From: Pseudomonadota bacterium | GTDB lineage: Bacteria > Desulfobacterota > Desulfobacteria > Desulfobacterales > UBA11574 | Direction of reading: 5' to 3' | NCBI GenBank assembly: GCA_043827325.1 | Contig: JBDRPF010000039.1 | Span: 5,694-69,693 of the forward strand | Length of the DNA: 64,000 bases | In this document: one piece after another, positions 47,623 to 55,423 of the stretch | Numbering within the stretch: position 1 is the first letter of the stretch | Layout of the letters: each line of letters opens with the position of its first letter | Notes under the pieces: model-generated | The model's input: the letters and a program-made list of their open reading frames with translations, nothing else | What the model was told of the DNA's origin: nothing | The model's database searches: none | Made by a program: the position numbers and the translations under genes

Positions 47623-49113
47623 ATGAAAAAGCCGCTTCGTCCGTTCATCACCGTTTTTATGTTCTTCATAATCTGTCATTTTTTCATCGCGCAAGGCCAT
47701 GCGGAAAACATTCGAAAGTGCGTTTGGGCCGGACAATTTTATCCTGCGCAATCCTCCGATCTGAATCAGGCCATTGACGATCTCTCCCGGAAGGCCAGGG
47801 CAACGCGGGTTCAGGCACCGCCCGATAAAACACTTAAAGCCCTGATTTTGCCACACGCCGGGTATGTCTATTCCGGATGGACTGCCGCCCATGCCTCGCT
47901 GGTTTTGTCAAAAAACCGGTTTTCCAAGGTCATTCTGCTGGCACCGGATCACCGTGTGGGCTTTCGCGGCGGCGCCATCAGTGACGTATCCGCTTATGAA
48001 ACCCCCCTCGGCCGGATCATGCTTCATCCGGATGCCGCGAAATTGCGCCGGGATTTCGATATGTTTCAAGCCATTCCGGCTTCCGACCAGGCCGAGCACT
48101 CGCTGGAGGTGATCCTGCCGTTCCTGCAGCATTACATCGGGGAATTCACACTTGTTCCGATTGTCCTCGGCCAGTGTGACATCCATCGGATCGCGGCGGC
48201 CCTCGACCCCCTGATTGATACAAACACGCTGGTGGTGGCAAGCTCGGACCTGTCTCACTACCTTCCCTATTCCGATGCTGTTGAAAAGGACCGGGAGACG
48301 ATCCGGATGATTCTGAATCTCGACGGCGGCGAGCTGATAAAACACACAGATTCCGCATGCGGGGTGGGGCCGATACTCGTTCTGATGAATCTGGCACAGC
48401 AGCGTGCCTGGCAGCCGATTCTTCTCCATTATTCAAACAGCGGGGACACCGCCGGAGGACGGGACAGGGTTGTCGGCTATTCAGCCGTCGCCTTCTATGG
48501 AGGTTCATCTATGCAACAGAATGATTCCGAACAGAAATTAAATTCGGCGCAGGGGCAGGTGCTGGTTAAGCTGGCCCGCAGGACCGTTTCGGAAAGGCTC
48601 GGACAAAAGACGGAAGACGCCAAATCGGGAGCCCTTGAGACCGACCTTACGGATATGGATTTTCAGGCCCGCCGCGGCACCTTTGTCACCCTTCACAAGG
48701 ACGGCCGGCTTCGGGGCTGCATCGGGAGCCTGGCCGCCAGGGAATCCATTTTAGACAGCGTCAAGCACAATGCCCTCAATGCGGCATTCCACGATCCCCG
48801 TTTCCCTCCGCTCGCTGCCGATGAACTGGACAGCGTTGATTTCGAAGTCAGCATCCTGACCGAACCGCAACCGCTCGAATACGCGGACAGCGGCGATTTG
48901 TTGAACAAACTTCGCCCGAAGGTGGATGGTGTCATCATCCGCAAAGACGCAAAAAGCGCCACTTTTTTGCCTCAGGTCTGGGACCAGTTGCCGCGCCCCG
49001 AGGATTTTCTGTCCCATCTCTGCAGAAAGGCCGGCTTGTCGTCCGATGCCTGGCAACATACCAAACTGGAAGTTTCCACCTATCAGGTTCGATATTTTGA
49101 AGAAAAAAAATAA
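47623..49113 (+). CDS. Fusion of Memo-like (AmmeMemoRadiSam protein B) and AMMECR1 (protein A) domains with N-terminal signal peptide
   Basis: Signal-like MKKPLRPFITVFMFFIICHFFIAQGHA. Memo motifs AGQFYP, LPHAGYVYSG, DLSHY. AMMECR1 motif RGTFVTLHKDGRLRGCIGS in the C-terminal ~190 aa. Confidence 0.85.
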   Translation: MKKPLRPFITVFMFFIICHFFIAQGHAENIRKCVWAGQFYPAQSSDLNQAIDDLSRKARATRVQAPPDKTLKALILPHAGYVYSGWTAAHASLVLSKNRFSKVILLAPDHRVGFRGGAISDVSAYETPLGRIMLHPDAAKLRRDFDMFQAIPASDQAEHSLEVILPFLQHYIGEFTLVPIVLGQCDIHRIAAALDPLIDTNTLVVASSDLSHYLPYSDAVEKDRETIRMILNLDGGELIKHTDSACGVGPILVLMNLAQQRAWQPILLHYSNSGDTAGGRDRVVGYSAVAFYGGSSMQQNDSEQKLNSAQGQVLVKLARRTVSERLGQKTEDAKSGALETDLTDMDFQARRGTFVTLHKDGRLRGCIGSLAARESILDSVKHNALNAAFHDPRFPPLAADELDSVDFEVSILTEPQPLEYADSGDLLNKLRPKVDGVIIRKDAKSATFLPQVWDQLPRPEDFLSHLCRKAGLSSDAWQHTKLEVSTYQVRYFEEKK

Positions 49114-51205
49114 TCGTGCCGTAACGCGGGTGGTGATCGCCACGGGCATTTCTTCCGTGGTGACCCAGTTGTTGACCATTCGCGAATTTTTGGCACAGCT
49201 TCAGGGTAACGAGTTCGTCATCGCCCTGATTCTTTTCAATTGGATGATACTGGGCGGCACGGGTACACTTCTTGCACGATGGGTCACCCGGCGCCTCCGG
49301 CAGGTGACGATCCATCGGCTGGGGTGGATTTCTCTGCTGATGTCCGCTCTTCCCGCCATCCAGATTATGGGCATCCGGGTGCTCCGTGATGTCTTCTTTA
49401 TTCACGGGAGCTCCATCGGATTTTACCCCACCTTGGCCTATACGTTTTTTACCATAGCACCGTATTGTCTCGTGCTGGGGTTTGTTCTTCCGTACAGCCT
49501 CTTTGTGATCCGCACCGAAATTCCCGATTACCGCGGTGCGCGCATTTATATAACGGACAACATCGGAGATGTTTCCGGCGGCGCCCTGTTCTCCTTTGCC
49601 CTTGTTTATCTGGTCACCCCCTTTCAAGCCGTGCTTCTCGCAAATCTGCCATTGCTGGCCGCAGCCTATTTTCTTTTTCCCGGCGCATCCCGGCGGCGTC
49701 CGTCTGTTATTTCGGGGGTGGGCCTGGCGCTGTTGATCCTTGTATCCGCCGTTTTCGTTGAACCGGCCTCCCTTGCACCCAAAGAAGGAAAACTGGTCCT
49801 TTATCGCGAATCCCGTTACGGCAGGATTGCCGTCCATCAAGACCGGGAGCAGTTCACGCTTTTTCTCGGCGGCACCCCGCTTTTCAGCAGCCAGAATCTG
49901 GAAATGGCCGAAGAAACCGTCCATTATCCCCTGTCGCAACTCGATGAAGCGAAACAGATTCTGTTGATTTCCGCAGAGAGCGGCATGATGGGAGAAGTAC
50001 AAAAATACCGGCCGGATACGGTGGATTATGTGGAACTGGACCCCCAGGTTGCTTCCATCCAATTCAGATTCGGCCTGATCGAATCGATTCCCGGTTTGAA
50101 CGTCATTCATCAGGACGGCCGGGCCTATCTGTCAACCACCCGGAAAAGCTACGACGCCATAATCATCAACCTGACCGAACCGGACACCTTTCAAATCAAC
50201 CGGTTCTTTACCGACCGTTTCTTCGCTCTGGCCAGAAGTCATCTCTCCTCCCGGGGCATCCTCAGCTTTTCCATGCAGGGATATGACAATTACCTTGCCG
50301 AACCACAGCGACAGAAGCTTTCCTCCCTTTACAATACGGTGAAAGGATACTTCCGGCACGTGCTGCTGCTGCCGGGTCAGAAGATCATCTTTCTCTGCTC
50401 GGATCAGCCCATCCGGACGGATATCCCGAAGCTGCTCGAAAAAAAAGGAATTTCAACGCGTTACATCAGCGGATATTTTTACGGCAACCTGACCCGGGAA
50501 AGAATCTCGCAGCTGAACGAACTGATGGATCCCGCCGCACCCAAAAACCGGGATGATTCCCCGGAGTTGATGCGGTTGATGTTTTCCCAGTGGTTTGCCA
50601 AATTCGCCACGTCGCCTGCCGGATTTTTCATTGTGTCGGCCGTGCTGCTCGTCATATACATGGCACGTGTAACCCGTGAAGAATTTGTTCTTTTCTCCAC
50701 CGGCTGCATCGTCATGGGGTGCGAGATTCTGGTTATTTTTGCTTTTCAGATCTTTTTCGGTTATATTTACCTGCAGATCGGATTGATCGTCACCGTGTTT
50801 CTGGCCGGCCTCCTTCCCGGTGCCTGGTTCGGCGACCGACTGCACGGCCGGGGAAAACGAATCTTGATGTTTGCCGACGGGCTGCTTATTTTATTGTTGC
50901 TGCTTTTGATCATAGCCCTGCAGCACGGTGGAGATCGCGTGCCGGTGGGTGCTTATCTCGGTTTCGGTTTTGCGGTTTCCCTGGTCTGCGGCTTTCAATT
51001 TCCCGTTGCACTGGTTTTGCGGGGCGGAGACGCGTCGGCCGTGACACGGATCTTTTCCGCGGATCTCATCGGCGCCGCCGTCGGAACCTTGGTGACCAGC
51101 ACGCTTCTGATTCCTTATTTCGGTATCCTATGGACGGCGGCCGGACTGATCGGGCTGAAGCTCATCAGCCTGACGGTGATTGGAGTGAGTCGTGAAAAAA
51201 ATTAG
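49097..51205 (+). CDS. Spermidine-synthase-like polytopic membrane protein (TM block - SpeE-like fold - TM block)
   Basis: N-terminal hydrophobic block (TQLLTIREF....GNEFVIALILFNWMILGGTG...). Central region with VELDP and DAIIINLTEPD. The usual GGGDG position reads SAESGMMG. A second hydrophobic block at the C-terminus. The start is uncertain (TTG 49097 or GTG 49130, neither with an SD). Confidence 0.7.
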   Translation: MKKKNNRAVTRVVIATGISSVVTQLLTIREFLAQLQGNEFVIALILFNWMILGGTGTLLARWVTRRLRQVTIHRLGWISLLMSALPAIQIMGIRVLRDVFFIHGSSIGFYPTLAYTFFTIAPYCLVLGFVLPYSLFVIRTEIPDYRGARIYITDNIGDVSGGALFSFALVYLVTPFQAVLLANLPLLAAAYFLFPGASRRRPSVISGVGLALLILVSAVFVEPASLAPKEGKLVLYRESRYGRIAVHQDREQFTLFLGGTPLFSSQNLEMAEETVHYPLSQLDEAKQILLISAESGMMGEVQKYRPDTVDYVELDPQVASIQFRFGLIESIPGLNVIHQDGRAYLSTTRKSYDAIIINLTEPDTFQINRFFTDRFFALARSHLSSRGILSFSMQGYDNYLAEPQRQKLSSLYNTVKGYFRHVLLLPGQKIIFLCSDQPIRTDIPKLLEKKGISTRYISGYFYGNLTRERISQLNELMDPAAPKNRDDSPELMRLMFSQWFAKFATSPAGFFIVSAVLLVIYMARVTREEFVLFSTGCIVMGCEILVIFAFQIFFGYIYLQIGLIVTVFLAGLLPGAWFGDRLHGRGKRILMFADGLLILLLLLLIIALQHGGDRVPVGAYLGFGFAVSLVCGFQFPVALVLRGGDASAVTRIFSADLIGAAVGTLVTSTLLIPYFGILWTAAGLIGLKLISLTVIGVSREKN

Positions 51206-52373
51206 CAGACGCCGTTTTTTATACTGCGGTGCGGCATTTTTGGCGTTGCCCGCGCCGGCCGGCGCGTTTCAGCTCTTTCCCGATACCGGCAGCAAGGCAT
51301 CCGGCCCTGACGATATCCGCGGAACGGTATTCAAGGGTGACGCCCCCGAAAAATTGTGGAAATGGTCCAAAGAAGGCTTTCTCTACAAAAAGATGGGCGG
51401 CGACAAGGTGGTCTGCGGCATCTGCCCCAACCGCTGCGTTCTGGCCCCCGGGGACCGCAGCGTCTGCCGCTCCAAGGTCAACATGGCAGGCACCCTGTAC
51501 AGCCTGGCATACGGCAATCCCTGTGCCGTGAACGTCGATCCTGTTGAAAAAAAGCCGCTGTACCATTTCAAACCCCGGTCAAAAGCCTTTTCTCTGGCCA
51601 CCACCGGGTGCAACTTCCGATGCCTGAACTGCCAGAACTGGGAGATTTCCCAGGTCAAACCGCATGAGGTGCGGCACCATGAGCTTTTCCCGCCCGAAGC
51701 GGTAATTGCTGCGAAAAATTCCGGGTGCGTCTCCATCGCCTATACGTATTCCGAGGCCATTACCTATTTTGAGTACATGATCGATATTGCCCGGTTGGCC
51801 AAAGATGCCGGCATTTGCAATCTTTTGATTTCAAACGGTTACATAAACCAGACCCCGCTTCTGGAACTCTGCACGGTGCTGGACGCCGCCAATATCAACT
51901 TGAAATCCTTCGATGATGCCATTTACCGGAAACTCAACGGCGGCCGTCTTCAGCCGGTGCTTGACACCTTCAAAACCCTTCACCGGCAGGGCATCCATTT
52001 TGAGATGACCAACCTGGTGGTCCCCGGTTACGTCGATGATGAGGAGATGGTCAAGGCGATGTGCCAGTGGATTCTTGACAACCTGGGGCCGGATTATCCC
52101 CTGCATTTTTTGCGGTTTTTTCCGAAATACAAGCTCGACCGGCTGCCCCCGACCCCTTTGTCAACCCTTATTCGCTTCCGGGAGGTGGCCATGGCAGAGG
52201 GAATTCGCTATGCCTATGTGGGCAACGTCCCCAACCACGAGGGAAACAACACCTACTGTCACAACTGCAAAAAAATGTTGGTCGAACGGGTGGGATATTC
52301 TATTCCGGCATACAACCTGGACGGAAATCGATGCAAATTCTGCAAGACCGTCATCCCCGGGCAATGGACATAG
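51192..52373 (+). CDS. AmmeMemoRadiSam-system radical SAM enzyme with twin-arginine-like leader
   Basis: CNFRCLNCQNW radical SAM cluster motif. N-terminal Cys cluster VCGICPNRC....G..SVC. Extra ~45-aa leader SRRRFLYCGAAFLALPAPAGA. GTG start 6 nt after GGAG, overlapping the upstream gene by 14 nt. Confidence 0.85.
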   Translation: MKKISRRRFLYCGAAFLALPAPAGAFQLFPDTGSKASGPDDIRGTVFKGDAPEKLWKWSKEGFLYKKMGGDKVVCGICPNRCVLAPGDRSVCRSKVNMAGTLYSLAYGNPCAVNVDPVEKKPLYHFKPRSKAFSLATTGCNFRCLNCQNWEISQVKPHEVRHHELFPPEAVIAAKNSGCVSIAYTYSEAITYFEYMIDIARLAKDAGICNLLISNGYINQTPLLELCTVLDAANINLKSFDDAIYRKLNGGRLQPVLDTFKTLHRQGIHFEMTNLVVPGYVDDEEMVKAMCQWILDNLGPDYPLHFLRFFPKYKLDRLPPTPLSTLIRFREVAMAEGIRYAYVGNVPNHEGNNTYCHNCKKMLVERVGYSIPAYNLDGNRCKFCKTVIPGQWT

Positions 52374-52479
52374 AGCTTGGCGCAGAGGGCAGAGAGGATG
52401 GCGTGTAGAACAGAGAGAAAAGCACCAAACATGTTAACAGCGATATGAATATGGTATCGTGGGATAGGGATAGTTTGAT

Positions 52480-52587
52480 ATGAAATACTCACAGGCCAGA
52501 CCGGGAAGAATCTTTGTTATCCGGCTCGAAGACGGGGATATGGAGAGTTTTTTATTGACACACATATCCTTTTCCATTTATAGCTAG
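52480..52587 (+). pseudogene. Possible N-terminal remnant of a DUF296 (PPC-domain) gene
   Basis: The 35-codon ORF MKYSQARPGRIFVIRLEDGDME... resembles my recollection of how DUF296 proteins open, then runs into nonsense and a stop. Confidence 0.25.
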
Positions 52588-52807
52588 CCTATCTTCCTAT
52601 AATCTTTAAATTCTTAAAATGCTTTTTTTTTCGATGGTTATCCGGCCCGAAACTCTCAGGAGGTTGTCATTCTAAAATTATTCTTGGAATTGCTGTGAAT
52701 ACCCGTGCGCATGCCGTTTAAAACACAATGTCAGGGCATTCGTATGAAAGGTCTGTGCGGCGTTTCCATTCAACGCTTAAATGGCACTTAACAACAAGGT
52801 GAAACGT

Positions 52808-53350
52808 ATGATTGAAATCAGAATACATGGTCGAGGCGGACAGGGAAACGTTGCGGCTGCAGAGCTTTTGTCGATTGCAGCGTTTGCAGACGGAAAATTT
52901 TCCCAGGCGTTTCCCTCTTTCGGGGCTGAACGGATCGGCGCCCCTGTCCAGGCGTTTGTAAGAATTGACGACAAAAAAATTCGAACGCGGGAGGATGTCC
53001 GGACGCCGGATTATCTGATCATTCAGGACGAATTCTTGATCGAAACGGTCCCTGTTTTGGATGGATTGAAACCTGACGGTTTAATTCTGATCAATTCAGA
53101 CAGGCTCCCCGAGGATTTAAACATTAAAACAACCGCAACTATTGAAACCATTCCTGCTACGGAAATCGCCCTTGAAATCATCGGCAGGCCCATCCCCAAC
53201 GCCGTGATGATCGGCGCATTCTGTGCTATTACCGGTCTGGTGAGCCTTGACGCTGTACAGAAGGCCATTATGGGCAAGTTCCCCGGCAGGGTCGGAGAAA
53301 ACAATGTGGCCGCCCTTGAACGGGCTGCTGAAATCATACAAAAGAGGTAG
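52808..53350 (+). CDS. 2-oxoacid:ferredoxin oxidoreductase, gamma subunit
   Basis: IEIRIHGRGGQGNV.AAELL..AAF..GK. is the typical gamma-subunit opening. ~180 aa from ATG 52808. Confidence 0.85.
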   Translation: MIEIRIHGRGGQGNVAAAELLSIAAFADGKFSQAFPSFGAERIGAPVQAFVRIDDKKIRTREDVRTPDYLIIQDEFLIETVPVLDGLKPDGLILINSDRLPEDLNIKTTATIETIPATEIALEIIGRPIPNAVMIGAFCAITGLVSLDAVQKAIMGKFPGRVGENNVAALERAAEIIQKR

Positions 53351-53354
53351 GTTT

Positions 53355-54530
53355 ATGCTGAAACAAATTGAAGGATCTCATGCTGTTGCGGATGTGGTAG
53401 CCATGTGCCGCCCCAACGTTATTTCCGCGTATCCGATCACGCCGCAAACCCACATTGTGGAAGCGCTGGCGTCCATTGTCGGCGAGGGCCGGCTGGACGC
53501 CGAGTTTGTCAATGTGGAAAGTGAATTTGCTGCGGCATCGGTTGTGTTGGGGGCCAGTGCCGCGGGTGCCCGTACATACACGGCAACATCATCGCAGGGG
53601 CTGTTGCTCATGAGCGAAGTCATTTACTGCATTGCGGGAATGCGACTGCCCGTTGTGTTAACCTGTGCCAACCGGGCCATATCCGCACCGCTGAGTATAT
53701 GGAACGATCAGCAGGACTCCATGGCACTGAGGGATGCGGGATGGATTCAGCTCCATGCCGAGGACAACCAGGAGGCGGCGGACCTGCACATCCAGGCGTT
53801 CAAAATCGCGGAGCAGACCTTTCTTCCGGTCATGGTTTGCATGGACGGATTTATTCTGACGCACGCATTCGAGCCGGTCGACGTTCCGGATCCAAAAGAT
53901 GTGGATGCCTTTTTGCCCCCGTTTAAACCCAAAAACATTGTCGATCCCCGCTGGCCCAGGGGTATCGGCCTTTTTGCGGACCCCCGGTTTTACCTGGAAA
54001 CCCGCTACATCCTCCACCGGGCCATGGAAAAATCCGAGGACACCATCAACGATGTCAGCGCCGAATTTGCCAAAGCATTCGGCAGGGACAGCGGCGGTTT
54101 TATCAAGACCTACAAGCTGAAAGATGCCGATCTTGTTATTGTTTCCATGGGCTCTGTGGTCGGGACCATCAAGGAGCTCATCGACCGGCTGGAAGAAGAG
54201 GGTAAGAAAGTCGGGCTGTTACAAATATGTTCCTATCGCCCGTTTCCGCGAAACGCGGTTTACAATGCCTTAAAAGACAAAATGAACATTGTTGTGCTGG
54301 AAAAGTCGATTTCACTGGGAAGAGGCGGCATTCTGGCCAGCGACGTGCGCTGGTCCTTTCCCCGGGCAGAGAAAAAAGACCGCAACATCAGCAGTTTCAT
54401 TGCCGGTCTCGGCGGCAGAAACATACCGATAGACGATCTTCGGTACATGGTGGAAAAGGTGGAGAAAGAACCCGTGGAAATCGAATTTTTAGGGTTGAAA
54501 AAGGAACTCATAGCAGAGAAGGATTTGTAA
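53355..54530 (+). CDS. 2-oxoacid:ferredoxin oxidoreductase, alpha subunit
   Basis: EGSHAVA..V....P.VISAYPITPQT..VE opening and ~390-aa length. ATG 53355 follows AGAGG. The ORF-track extension overlaps the gamma gene. Confidence 0.9.
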   Translation: MLKQIEGSHAVADVVAMCRPNVISAYPITPQTHIVEALASIVGEGRLDAEFVNVESEFAAASVVLGASAAGARTYTATSSQGLLLMSEVIYCIAGMRLPVVLTCANRAISAPLSIWNDQQDSMALRDAGWIQLHAEDNQEAADLHIQAFKIAEQTFLPVMVCMDGFILTHAFEPVDVPDPKDVDAFLPPFKPKNIVDPRWPRGIGLFADPRFYLETRYILHRAMEKSEDTINDVSAEFAKAFGRDSGGFIKTYKLKDADLVIVSMGSVVGTIKELIDRLEEEGKKVGLLQICSYRPFPRNAVYNALKDKMNIVVLEKSISLGRGGILASDVRWSFPRAEKKDRNISSFIAGLGGRNIPIDDLRYMVEKVEKEPVEIEFLGLKKELIAEKDL

Positions 54531-54532
54531 TA

Positions 54533-55423
54533 ATGAGCATAACAGAAGAAGAACTCAACAGAGTAGAAAAAAAAGACCTGTTTACCAGCGGCCATCGGGC
54601 GTGCGGCGGTTGTGCCCAGGCCCTTGCCGCGCGTCTGGTTCAAGACGCTTCGGGCGAAAACACCATCGCGTGCGTTGCCACGGGGTGTCTGGAAGTGTTC
54701 AGTTCACCCTATCCGGACCCGTCCTGGCGCGTTCCTTTCTTGCACAGCCTGTTTGAGAACGCGGCAGCGGTGGCTTCCGGCGTGGAAGCCGCCTACAAGG
54801 CCTTGAAAAAAGGACCGGTCAACATCATCGCCCAGGGCGGTGACGGCAGTACGGCCGACATCGGGTTTCAGTGCATCAGCGGCATGTTCGAACGGGGCCA
54901 CAACGTGCTCTATGTCTGCTACGACAACGAAGCATACATGAATACCGGTGTTCAGCGTTCCAGTTTTACACCCTTTGGCGCCCGTACCACCACCACGCCC
55001 ATGGGAAACAAAATCCGGAAGAAAGATATGCCTGCCATTGCCGCCGCTCACGGGATTCCGTATGTTGCCACCGCCACAACGGACGATTTCAGAGATCTTC
55101 AGCGCAAGGTGAAGTTCGCCCTGACCATCGAAGGACCCAAATACATTCACATCCTCGCGCCCTGCCCGTTGGGATGGGGGCATCACGGAGAACTCTCCAT
55201 AGAGATCAGCCGTTTGGCCAAGGATACCGGGTTGTTTCCCATTTTTGAAATTATCAACGGCAAGGTGACCAACGTGAGAAAGATTCCCGTCAAAAAGCCC
55301 GTGGAAGAGTATCTGAAACCGCAAGGCCGGTTCAGACACCTCTTCAAAAAGGGCGTGCCGACGGAAGTCGTGGCCGAAATTCAAAAAATTGCCAACCAAA
55401 ATATAGAGAGGTTTAATTTATAA
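54533..55423 (+). CDS. 2-oxoacid:ferredoxin oxidoreductase, beta (TPP-binding) subunit
   Basis: SGHRACGGC cluster-binding Cys motif and TPP motif GGDGSTADIGF...DNEAYMNTG. ATG 54533. Confidence 0.9.
   Translation: MSITEEELNRVEKKDLFTSGHRACGGCAQALAARLVQDASGENTIACVATGCLEVFSSPYPDPSWRVPFLHSLFENAAAVASGVEAAYKALKKGPVNIIAQGGDGSTADIGFQCISGMFERGHNVLYVCYDNEAYMNTGVQRSSFTPFGARTTTTPMGNKIRKKDMPAIAAAHGIPYVATATTDDFRDLQRKVKFALTIEGPKYIHILAPCPLGWGHHGELSIEISRLAKDTGLFPIFEIINGKVTNVRKIPVKKPVEEYLKPQGRFRHLFKKGVPTEVVAEIQKIANQNIERFNL

Noticed and set aside
48935-50110. 391-aa ORF on the minus strand
   Set aside because: Antisense to the AMMECR1 and SpeE-like coding regions. Arg/Gly/Pro-rich low-complexity translation.
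53247-53354. N-terminal extensions offered by the ORF track for the OFOR alpha gene (53247) and beta gene (54227)
   Set aside because: They overlap the preceding subunit genes in another frame. Family-typical N-termini begin at ATG 53355 and ATG 54533.
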